From the NCBI GenBank assembly GCA_964016885.1, contig OZ024754.1:42532001-42596000 (forward strand): a DNA stretch of 64,000 bases, written 5' to 3'. The position numbers were made by a program, and so were the translations under genes. This document shows, one piece after another, positions 38,353 to 52,863 of this stretch (within the stretch, counting starts at the first letter, position 1; every line of letters begins with the position of its first letter). This DNA is from Eledone cirrhosa (taxonomy: Eukaryota). The notes under the pieces were generated by a model that saw only the letters and a list, made by a program, of their open reading frames with translations, searched no databases and was not told the origin of the DNA.

Positions 38353-39898
38353 TAGTAGTAAAGAAGTGGTAGACAATACTGATCTCAATATCTTCTCAAA
38401 CTCAGACACAACAAACAGATAAAACCCAGCGTTCTTTCACTCAGCCATATTTACTATCGTCTGCTTTTATTGGAAAAGAAGATAATCTCTTCTTAGATTC
38501 CTAAGTACGTGGCTTAGTTTCAACAGTGTTCGGTTTACGATATTAACGTCGGGAGTTCAATACCCGGCCACACTTTGTTATTTCATTTCACGTTGTTCCA
38601 GTACATTCAGTAAGAATTAGTTATGTATATACTTCACACGTGAACCGAGGAGTTATTTTCGTTTCTTTGTTTCGAGATATCAAAGATTCTCAGGGCAACA
38701 CTTGACTTTATAAGAATTTCAAACTCGTAAATATGAGACAACAAATAATCTGCCGTTATTAAGTTAAGGGCCGAAACACTTGCTTGAGGTGGTGGTGGGG
38801 TTTCTTCTCCAGCTCTCCAGAGAATTTCTTACCACTCCTACCTCAGTGTCTCATCTATTTTTTTTTCATTTATTTATTTTACCAATTCGATAAAACAAAT
38901 TTTTTCTTTAATAAAAAAAAAAATCGCAAACCAACCAACTTGTTTTATAATGGAGATTGTATTTCAGGATTTTATAGTTTAAGGGAGATAATAAATAATT
39001 CCTGTAAAAAAAAAGAAAAAATCGGAGGTTATCTCCCTTAAATATCTTTTAATGGAAATTACAGTTTTCCGCTCTATTTCAAAATTGGAAGAAGGAGAGT
39101 CAGGCCATGCTGTAACTTTATTAAAGTATTAACCTTGATCACTAGCTTCTCTTTCTCTAAACAAGCAAATAACAAACTCATGACAGAGTGGCCGCTCATA
39201 TCTTTGTCACAATTTGAACTTGTGAACCGCCTGTTTATATTATTCAGTTATTAGACTGCGGCCATGCTGGGGCACCGCATCGATTGCATTTACATAGTAC
39301 AATCGGACCTCGGTTCACGAACTTAATTTTGTGAGTTAATTTGAATAAAAAATTCTCGTTTCTTTAAAAAACAAATAAACCCTAAAATAACAGAATGTAG
39401 AACAAGAATTAACATTAAATTTTACATATTTGATGAGTTTTAGTGCACCTGAGCACTGTACACAATTAGTTCATGGCAGTATAGGTAGAGGGCAGGACGC
39501 TATGCTTTGCACCATAGAGTTACGCCCCTTTACGGTCTGAGTTCAAATCCCGCCGAGGTTAACTTTGCCTTTCATCCTTACTAGGTCGATAAAATAAAGT
39601 ACCAGTCACGCACTGGGGTCGATTTAATCGACTTTCCTCTCCTCCAAAATTGCTGGCCTTGTGCCTATATAAAAAATAATAATAATTATTATTATATCGC
39701 CGAGGTTAAATTTGCCTTTCATCGTTACGGGGTTGATAAAATAAAGTACCAGTAATGCACTGAGTGATTGCTGGCCAAAAATAGAAACAATTATTATTAT
39801 TATTATATCAAGGGAAGCAACTGTGAAGAAATGTTGTTTCAAGGTGACATATTGATGTCCGCATGGGTTGTGTGAGAAAAATGTTTACATTGTGTATC

Positions 39899-39950
39899 AG
39901 CCAATCATTGACGCGTTAAATAATATTCTAACCAATCAGCATCTATATAA
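39899..39950 (+). promoter_or_regulatory. COX20 promoter: two CCAAT (NF-Y) boxes and a TATA-like element
   Basis: AGCCAATCA (CCAAT at 39901) and AACCAATCA (39932), 31 bp apart; TATATAA at 39944, about 40 bp before the ATG. Confidence 0.65.
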
Positions 39951-39989
39951 CATGAAGAGTCTAAGTCTACCGGTGTAAGAGAAATAATC

Positions 39990-40019
39990 ATGTCTGACAA
40001 TAATACTGAAGAGAATCAG
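39990..40019 (+). CDS. COX20: COX20 exon 1 (MSDNNTEENQ)
   Basis: ATG just after the promoter motifs; phase-0 donor CAG|GTAAAC, in frame with the exon at 41202. Confidence 0.75.
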
Positions 40020-41201
40020 GTAAACAATTCTTTCTCACCTGGATTTATTGCTTCAATAATATTTATTTTTATTTGATAAAACGAAAAATAAGATAATAAT
40101 AATAATAAATTCTTTAATGAAAGTAAAATATTCTTGTTTTGAGATTTTAATGAATTCAAATATTTTCACCGATTTCCCCTCAGAATATTCTAAAGTTATT
40201 TACACCTCTCAATTTAATTAATTTAATATAAAGAAAAATTTCACTTAGATACGGAAATTATACTCTATCTTAAGAATTTATCTTAAGTGGGTCATTTGGT
40301 ACCCGGTAAGGGTAATTAGACTCATACTAAGGTAGAGATGATCCTCTTCTGAGTATCAAGCATCACTTAGTATCGATACCTCCCAGATGTGTATCGATAC
40401 GAGAAGCGATATTAAACTTGAGCGGGTGGTTGTTCCACTCCTTCTCGAGCCTTGACTAGAAAATGTTGACTGAGGGTGGGTCAACTGTTTCTTGTTTGAG
40501 GTAGTTCCAGTGGTTGATCGCACGTGCAGAAGTGGTTAAAAAGGACTTGGTTTGTGTTGTTCCCTGAGCTTCCGGTTGTGTCCTCGGGTAGTCCTGCTGA
40601 GTACCTCACTCAACAGTGTATTGCCCCAGATGGGACACCCTTTAGTCAACTGTACTTTATCGAACTCTTTCAGTCAATAAAAAAAAGAAATTACATTTTT
40701 AATTTTCTTCTATAATTTACAGACATTTCAACACTGTAATGTACACCTTTGATGGGTAAACCTTCCTTTTACGATATCAAACAAATTCTTGTAATTCCCC
40801 GAGTTAAAATATTAATGACAATCTGTCATCTCTGCTTAATTAATATTCTTAATTAACAAAGTTTTATTGAGACAAAGTCAGGTGTGTGTGTGTGTGTGTG
40901 TGTGGGGGGGGTTATAACTTGCTTAATAATGCATATTTTGTAGATACATTTTCGAAGATATAAATTACTATATTATGTTCATAAAATTAAAATGAAATAC
41001 TTTTCACTCACAGGAATTATGAGAAGTTGTCTATGATCTTAAAACGAAAGCTAACCACCTTGATAACATTGTCACCCACATATTTTATACCTGTCAATGC
41101 ATGATCAGAATTCTTACCTATCTCCTAATCAAGACATATGATAGAAAATATTCTTCTATATTGACTTTTAATAATTGTATTTTTTTTCATCTCTTTTGTA
41201 G

Positions 41202-41292
41202 AGTTTTGTTTCTATACCATGTATGAGGAATTCACTTCTGACAGGCTTGGGCGGCGGTTTAATTGGGGGCTTGGCTTATTTCTTATTTACTA
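41202..41292 (+). CDS. COX20: COX20 exon 2 (SFVSIPCMRNSLLTGLGGGLIGGLAYFLFT)
   Basis: PCxRxSLL...FLFTS is the COX20 signature; ttttgtAG / GTAAGT boundaries. Confidence 0.92.
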
Positions 41293-41475
41293 GTAAGTTG
41301 TTTTATTGTATTTATATTTATACTTGAATGAAAGATGCATAAATTTTCCATTAATACCCTTGTTTTAAATATATATATGTTAGGTAATTTCGAAGGAAAA
41401 GCAAAGGAAAAAAGAGTGCTCTATGTATAGAACAGAGCTATTTAATTAGAAAGTGAACAACACAAAATATAACTA

Positions 41476-41537
41476 CTCCATTACCAAAGGTTTCTGGATC
41501 ACAGACGAATCACGTCTGGATCGGTCGTCAAACAGAG
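41476..41537 (-). ncRNA. Type-I hammerhead-like motif (C3->U variant), antisense in COX20 intron 2
   Basis: CTCTGT-TTGACGA-[GATC CAGACG..CGTCTG TGATC]-GAAA-CC-TTT-GG-TA^ATGGAG. Confidence 0.5.
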
Positions 41538-41615
41538 ATGTTATCACTTTCTAACTAAATATATATATATATGTACATACATACATACATCTATCTATGT
41601 TTTGTTGTTTTCCAG

Positions 41616-41679
41616 GCAATGTGCGTGTGGCAACACATGTTGGAGTTGGAGCATATGCAGTCCTAGCTACAGCATCATG
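41616..41679 (+). CDS. COX20: COX20 exon 3 (SNVRVATHVGVGAYAVLATASW)
   Basis: ttttccAG / GTGAGT, phases 1->2 consistent; second transmembrane segment with VGVG. Confidence 0.92.
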
Positions 41680-42359
41680 GTGAGTGATAGTCATCATTAT
41701 CATCGTTTTACGTCCATATTCCACGTTAGGACATAGGACAGGTTGTCCTGTTGTGAGAGATTGAAGGACCGTGTTTTGCTCATACAAAACTGATTTGGGC
41801 TTGGTTTCTACGGCTGGATACCTTTCCTCACGTCAACCACATTTACAGTGTATGCTGGGTGCTTTTTTTGTCATGACATCTACACGACCACTTTACAGTG
41901 TGGGCTTCGCTGGATGTATACTTCGGCTTGTCCTCATGGAAGATATGGGAATAACTGATCTTTCTGCATTTGATAAAGAGATTCTCAGCTCAAAATATTA
42001 TGAAATATAGGGTTAAAAACTGGCTTTCCAATCCATGTTTGTTATTTATTATTTTATTAAAAAGTTAAATATTGATGTTAAAACTTAAACACAACATCAT
42101 TTTGAAGCCAATGATTCAGAAAATATTTGGCACATTCCTCGCAGTGACATGTAACATGTGCCACACATCCCTTGTAGTTAGATGTGCCATACATAGTCAC
42201 ATGTACCATACATTCCCAATAGTCACATGTGCCATACATCCCTTGCAGTTATATGTGCCCTGCTGTGTAGATCCAGTTTAGAACAGGTATGCTGTACACC
42301 TGCATGTTGTAAGAAGTGACTAAAAGGACCATCTAAATCTCTCTTTTTCTTGTTCACAG

Positions 42360-42480
42360 GTCTTTCTGCAGGTATAACTATTCCCAGATGAAATTTAAAC
42401 AGCGTGAGATACGACGAGCCCTTCAAACTGTTGTAATGCAAGATGCAGAAAATGAAAGCAGCGCGCCAAAACAGAGTTAA
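42360..42480 (+). CDS. COX20: COX20 exon 4 (WSFCRYNYSQMKFKQREIRRALQTVVMQDAENESSAPKQS*)
   Basis: W..CRYNY motif of COX20; ttcacAG acceptor; TAA ends at 42480; total CDS 306 nt. Confidence 0.92.
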
Positions 42481-43182
42481 CCCTTAGCTAATTGTATTAG
42501 ATTCTTTAATTGGACTAAATCTTAGTTACCTGTACTTACATAGCTTTGTCCCCTATGCTTGTGCGGAACAAAAATATCTTTTAATTCTTTTAATACCAAC
42601 TTGGTCAAAACTACCTCTGGTTCTATGAAACAGAATCACTCATTTTAAAGGATTCCTATTTAAATTAAACTTTTCCAACATTATTTTATATAAGAACTAT
42701 ATATTAAGTTACTTTCTTAGTAATGAAATAATGAAAAATGTTTGTAAATCTCACAAAATTCTTCATTAATTAATAGAAATAGTGAGTATTTCATTAGAAA
42801 TATGGCCACAAAAGGGTTAAACTGGCACTTTTCTGAAAACTCGTAACATTTCTGTAACTATTGCTGTGTTCATTTAACTCCTAACATCCTGTAATGATTT
42901 AGCAGAAAATATCTAAAACCAATTTTGTTAATTCAACTTTCCTAGTTGACAGATTGTTGTGAAAATTTGCAGACTTTTAATTTTTAATGTGATGCAGTGA
43001 CTGCTGTTTTTGTACTTTACAAGAATGTTTTGCTCAATGCGGTCAGTTACCTGTATTTACATAGCTTTGTGTGGAACAAAAATAATATGTTTTAATCCTT
43101 TTACTACCAACTTGGTCAAAACTACCTCTGGTTCTATGAAACAGAATTACTCATAAGTGATACAGGATGTTAAGAGTTATTA

Positions 43183-43374
43183 CTGTATATACTCAAATAT
43201 AAGACGACCCCCTCTCAATGATATGTCTAAAAAACAGGCGAACATCCCAACCCCGTTTATAAATTGAGGCAGCTAATCAACACATTATTTAGATGGTGTA
43301 GAGAAGCCAACCTCTCATTTTACCATCAATTATTTTGGTCACATATTCCTCGGCTTATATTAGAGTATATACAA
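43183..43374. mobile_element. Tc2/pogo-like MITE
   Basis: TA|CTGTATATACTCAAATATAAGACGA ... TCGGCTTATATTAGAGTATATACA imperfect TIRs. Confidence 0.65.
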
Positions 43375-44226
43375 ACTGTTGAATTTGTAACTCTACTATT
43401 TATAAATGAAATAATAAAAATAATAAAATTACCAACTCACTGCAGGTGATTGGTGCACTAAAATGGCATACAGTTCATTGATTCTTTCACTGGTTTCAGT
43501 CACTAGAGTGTGGCCATGCTGGGGCAATGCTTTCTAGGTATTTAGTTCATTGTACTGATCATGACATCTACACAGTCTCTATTTGTCAATCCACTAATTT
43601 ACTGAACATAAACAAACAATAAATGTAAAGACTAATACAGACTTCCAGATAGTTTCTATCTACCAAATTTAAATCATAAGTCAGTGGTTAATCTGAACTG
43701 AACTATAAAGCCATGTTGATGTGAAGTAAACTCTGTAATTACATGGCCACACCTGCCCCGTCACTTGTAGATCACCTAAAAGGTTTGTTTTAAAATATAA
43801 ACAGTCCATGCCACCATGGAAAACTAGCATATAAGGATATGATTATATGGTATAAGGAAGGGAATCCAGCTGTAGAAAACCTACCAAATACAGTCCTATA
43901 CGAGTGAGACACAGTCACCTGACCAATCTTGCCTCAAAAATGGGACAATTCCATCTAACCCATGGTAGCGTGGAAGATAGATGTTAAATGATGATGATGT
44001 GTATGTATATATATGGTCTTTCCAATTGTTAATACTATATATTGGTTGCAACTCCAGGTAGAAGGAGCAACATAAAATAAAGTGTCTTGCTCAAGGACAT
44101 AACGCATCACCCGGTCCGAGAATCAAACTCACAACCTCAAGATTGCGAATCCAATTTTCTAACTACTCAGCCACATGTGTGTATGCATATATATATATAT
44201 ATATATATTGATGATGATGATATTAC

Positions 44227-44259
<33 letters not shown>

Positions 44260-45778
44260 AGTGTTGAAATAGAATGTTAAAGATATGAGTTATAGCCATC
44301 ATAAGGTTTTACTGGAGTTCTACTTTGAACTGAGAGTGGGGAGGGAAGAATCTGGATAACAATCAGAATTTAGAACAGAAATCAAAGTACACAAGATTAT
44401 TATTATTATTAATGAAAGTCTCAGCTGATTAAAATGGTTGACCTCCTCTTCCATTGTCGTTGACCTTGTCCAAATTCCTACAATAACCTACGTTTTTACA
44501 TCATCATCATCATCTATAGTAGCCTACATTTACATCATCATCATCATCATCACCATGTCCTATAGTAGCCTATGTTACATCATCACCATCATATCCTATA
44601 GCCTACATTTACATCATCACCATCACCGTCATCATCTATAGTAGCCTATGTTACATCATCACCATCATGTCCTATAGTAGCCTACATTTACATCATCATC
44701 ACCATGTCCTATAGCCTACATTTACACCATCACCATCATCATCACCATGTCCTATAGTAGCCTACATTTACCGTGCATCATCATCATCATCATCACCAGT
44801 CCAGACCTTCATAAATCACTGACAGAAGGGCCCAACACAACTTCAATAGAGAGTCCCTGTGTTGAATCTCCAAGAACAAAGAGTAGAGAAGGCCAAGGAA
44901 TTCCTGTAGAACAAAGTGAGAAGATCTTGGATGGAGCTGGGGATGTTTAACCCTTTAGCATTTACATTACTCTGTACTGACTATTGTATTTTCATGGTAA
45001 AGGCTTTATCTCACATAATATTGAAGCTATGACATTTTGATATTGTCTATTTTGAGAATAATACCTTAATATCAGTATGAGTGGCAGGTTATGGCTGGTT
45101 TGAAGAGAAATAGGTGAGAGAATTCTGGCCGGATATGGCTGGTTTAAATGCTAAAGGGTTAGAGGAGAAAAGCCAGATCAGTGATAGGGAGAGTGATGGC
45201 TGAAACAAGGAGAGGGAGAGAGGTTAGCAAAAAAAAACAACAACAAACTTTGATATATATATTTCTGTATCTCAAGAAAATGTTTTCATGTGTTACTATT
45301 ATGTCTTTCTTTCTATATATACACAAATACTCACCGTCCAAACCCATGCAAGCGTGGTAGATGGACGTTAAACGATGATATAGTAATAATAATAAATGTG
45401 AAGACTAAAATCCAAAGAGGGCTCAATAAGGATAAATATATATCAAATATATAAGAACCCTAGAGCAAATATTTATTAAAATAACATTAAAGTTTAAGCA
45501 AAGAATCTGAAACTAGTTTCAAAAGATCCCATTAAGGGTGACAGCAGCGATTCTTTGCTTAAACTTTAATCTGTTATTCTAATAAATATATATAACCAAA
45601 TAAAGATATATATATAAGTAGTTCCACAACAGTTAGTTCACCATACAGAGAAGAAATGTTTCATCTTAGCAGATCCTCAGTTCGGTCTGAGGATCTGCTA
45701 AGGTGGAAGTACTTCTACCAAACTCGTCCCATGGACTGAATGCTCTACTACAACAGACATAACCCTCCAGTGTTCTAC

Positions 45779-45812
<34 letters not shown>

Positions 45813-46759
45813 CCAAATAAAGAGATATGGCTAAAAACCGATCTTGTGTGATATATGGTGTACAAATATCTATGTGGTTACTATGGCTCAAGATAAAGTC
45901 TATTGAGCTTACTTATTGAGAAACACAAAATTCTAAACATATTTGGTATGTTTTGATTCATTATTTGTGTGTATATATATATATACTTACAGTAAACATT
46001 TATGCAATTTAATTCAACCACTCAACGTACTTCTTCCACACAGGAATGATAGAGTATATTTAGAATAAGAAAATGCGAAGTAGTTTCAGATGTTAAAGTT
46101 TTTTATTGATAAAACTGTGATACATATTTCAATGATGACTGGTCACATGATTTCACGCAATGAACAAAGATGATGTTTATGAAACCTTCGACCGCTTCCT
46201 TGGAAAACAATATGTAGGGAGTGTATGAAGGCTTCAAAAACATCATTTTTGTCTGTTCCCTTTCGTTTTGGTTTGGATTGCCTCGAGAACATAACCTAAT
46301 GTAATGAAGCCGTCTGATGAGATCACGACAATGGTTGTGTGAAATCATGTGGCCACTGTCACCATTGAAATATGTACCATAGCCTTATCAATAAAGAACT
46401 TTAACATCTACAACTATATATATATATATATATATATAGATTATATATATATTTTTTAAAACCATTTCAAATGATTTTATTTCTGTTCATCACCAGGTGA
46501 CACATTGTGTGTGAGTTTTTAGACAAGTTGAACTTATGGTGTATTTTCTATATCACATGTGGTGCCACTGACTTTACCCACTGGACCATACATACAATTA
46601 CTCACCAACTGACGGTGTATATATATATATTGTGCCTCTGTGTTTTTTAGCAGTACGTGTACATATACATGGAATCATGTATGTTTACATAGTTATTTTC
46701 ATCTATACACGTACTTTTATATATGCAATTAAACACAAAAAAGCTTATTTATTCACCTT

Positions 46760-47090
46760 AATAGGTGGTTAGATATTCAGTTCACAATTGTAGGGTCATG
46801 GGTTCTATTCCAAGACCAAGCAGCATGCCATCCTTGAACAAGACACTTTATTTCACGTTGCTCCAGTTCACTCAGCTGGCAGAGATGAATTGTACCTGTA
46901 GTCCAAGTGGCCAGCCTTGTGACACTGAATCTCCCCGAGAATTATGTTCAGGGCACATGTCAGTGGAATATATAACCACGGGGACTGTACCTGTAATTCA
47001 AAGAGTCAGCCTTGTGAGACTGAATCTTTCTGAGAATTATGTTAAAGGTGCACATGTTTTGTGGGATGCTCAGCCACTTACATGTTAATT
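46760..47090 (+). mobile_element. Older SINE of a second family (CORE-like); relatives at ~35330-35530, 25900-25995(-), 44065-44175(-), 38505-38610
   Basis: tRNA-like head GGGTTCTATTCC followed by TCCTTGAACAAGACACTTTATTTCAC. Confidence 0.55.
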
Positions 47091-47324
47091 TCCCCAGCAG
47101 GAAGTAGTTCTATTGGCTGAATCAACTGGAGAACTGGTCATCAGAAATTATGGAGGCCTAACAACAGTATATGGCAGATGTTTTTATTCCGATACAAAAT
47201 GATTGGTACAAATTTTAGAAGAAACAAATGTGCAGAGAGGCAGTAAGTAAAGTTTGTGAATATATAGGAGTGATAATGGTTTCTACTATACATACAAGGC
47301 CAGTAATTTGGGGAGGGAAAAACA

Positions 47325-47590
47325 TTGGTTATATGACCCGAGTTAACAGCTTTGGTAAACTACAGTTCCTTGGTTATATGACCCAAGTTAACAGCTTCGG
47401 TAAACTACATTTCTTTGGTTGTATGACCCAAGTAAGTAGCTTCGGTAAACCACATTCTTTGGTTATATGACCCAAGTTAACAGCTTCGGTAAACTACATT
47501 TCTTTGGTTGTATGATCCAAGTTAGTAACTTCGGTAAATCAGTTCCTTGGTTATATGACCCAAGTAAGTAGCTTCGGTGAACTACATTTC
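47325..47590. repeat. 45-bp minisatellite, ~6 copies
   Basis: GGTTATATGACCCAAGTTAACAGCTTCGGTAAACTACA repeated. Confidence 0.9.
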
Positions 47591-49309
47591 AATCAATGAA
47601 CAACTAAAATCAGACTGTAGTCTCCATTCTCCAGTAATTTAAATTATTATTATTATCATTATTATTAGCTACAGATATAAAAAACATTACAAAAGTTTAA
47701 ACCTGTTCAAGCCCAGATGTTCATCAAGCTATGGCATATCCCTGTTGCAGGCCAGAGATTACCCCCACTCCATCAGGCCAGAGATTAACCCAGTTTCAAG
47801 CCAGAACTTCTCCCAGTTCCAGGCCATAGCTTACACACAGCTATTGCTATTTCTTTTCAGCTGAGCTGACTGGAGCCACGTCAATGTACAATAATTACCC
47901 AACAAGAGTTACAAAAGTAATATTCTTATATTCTTGATTTAACTTTTAACATTCTGTAATGATTCAGTAGAAAAATCTAAAAACAGGTTTGTTAATTCAA
48001 ATGTTTATAGTATATTTACTAGTAGACAGATCAGTGTGAAAATTTGAGGTACTAGAGTAAAGAGTTAAATTTTTAAGGTGGTGCAATCAGTGTTATTTTG
48101 TAATCTTACTAATGTAGTTTTTGTTTCTAATCATCAATTCCTGATTATTGCAAAGTATGAAGTGTCAATATATTGGAATTGATATTTGATAATTTTCATA
48201 ATCAATTTTTCTGCGAATTATTTCTGATAAGAATTCAGTTTGAAGTAGAAAGCATTTAACCCGGCTTATCTGGCCAGAATTCTCTCGCCATTTTCTGTTT
48301 AAACCAGCTGTAATTGGTTGCTCATACTGACGTTAAGGCATTGTTCTCAACATAAATAATATCAAAATCTCATAGATTCGATATTATGTGAAAATGTAAA
48401 GGTAAATGTAAATTCTAAATGTTAGCTAACATCTTTTAAAAGATGTTAGCTGAGTTTCTGTAAATGTAGGTGCTGTATTAAAAGGTTGATATTATTAAGC
48501 TGGAATATGTTGCTTGCTGTGTAACATGGAATTGTCATATAGTTGGTGTACACAGCAGAAACAAAGAAAAACTGCTTACAAAGTGATGCTCCAGCATGTA
48601 CTTGGCCAGGAGAGCTAAAAGCAACTAAAGAATTAGAAAGTGTCATTGCAGGTAGTGACATCTGGAGGAAACTGTGATATTTACAGGAATGTGACAATAG
48701 TAACCTTACCTCCATTAATCAAAATTGCTAAAGAAATGCCTAACCTAGGAGTGGGCCTCAAACCTAGGAGCAGCCCCTAACCTAGGGCAGGCTCCTAACC
48801 AAGGAACAAGTCTCTAATCTAGGGAAAAGGCCTCTAACCTAAGGGAAGACCCCTAACCTAGGAGCAAGTCTCTAACCTAGGGGCAGGTCTCTAACTAGGG
48901 CAGGCCCCCTAACCTAGGAGCAGGTCCCTAACATGGCTTGCAAACAAAAAGAATTGAGATTTCTTGTTACCCAATGCTCCCTAGGAAAGAAAAGGAACTA
49001 AAGAAGAAGACGTTAGCAAATCTAAAGACACAAGATGACAAATCAGAGTGTTGGTCAACTGCAAGAATAAGCCCTGCGAGATGGTCTGGCCCTTTCAGCA
49101 CATCTCCCTTGCTACCCACAGGGTTAATATATTTGCAATTCAGTCTGCTGAGACGATGAGGTAACATCTACCTGAAGCTTTAAACTTCTGAGAGACAAAA
49201 CTCAACAGCCTTCTGTTGGTTGGTGTTACTGTTTGTTACTTTATATATACATATAACTCAAAACATACACAACCACACACATGTAATGACATATACACTT
49301 GCATACACA

Positions 49310-52053
<2,744 letters not shown>

Positions 52054-52667
52054 ACCTAGTTGATGTCTTAATTCCAATGAAAGAGTCTTTTCTGTGTAAG
52101 AAACTGGCTCTCTCTGTTGGTGAGAGAAAAAACACATACATTCACACACTCATACATACATCCATCCATACACACACACACACACACACAGATCCCAGCC
52201 ATTTCTGCTTCTTGGAACACAAATAATGTCTACGGAATTGGTTTAGAAATATTTATTACATTAGTCTCCTTGAAGAAAAAAATGGTTTAATGTTTAGAAT
52301 CTTTGAAATACTAGATAAAAATCTCATGAAAAAAAAAAAAGGGGTAGGTGGAGATAGTTGGTGTGAGTATAGATAGATAGAGAGATAGATAAGTAAGTAG
52401 GTAGGTGGGTATAGATAGATAGAGATAGATAAGTAGGTAGATAGACAAAGAAACCATACATATATATACATAGATAAATAGCCAAACAGTGTAGTAACAC
52501 ACACAGATGAGTAAACATTTTTCCATTTGTTAAGTTTCATTCAAGATTTTACAACATTACTTTTTTTTTTCACATTTCTATAAAGTAAGTGAACTAAACC
52601 AGAATAGCTATGTCCAACATGGTTAGCCATCTTGTCTTTAAACTGTCTGAAGAACTTGAAAAAAATT

Positions 52668-52863
52668 GACATTTCAGGAAACAGACATAAAAGGTGTTCA
52701 GAGAATTGGTAGGTTAGACATTTCAGGAAACAGACATAAAAGGTGTTCAGAGGATTGATAGGTTAGACATTTCAGGAAACAGACATAAAAGGTGTTCAGA
52801 GGATTGGTAGGTTAGACATTTCAGGAAACAGACACAAAAGGTGTTCAGTGGATTGGTAAGTTA
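52668..52863. repeat. 49-bp minisatellite, 4 copies
   Basis: GACATTTCAGGAAACAGACATAAAAGGTGTTCAGAG repeated. Confidence 0.92.

Noticed and set aside
40750-40752. Selenocysteine reading of the TGA in the COX20 cassette candidate
   Set aside because: COX20 is not a known selenoprotein and no SECIS was recognised in the 3' region.
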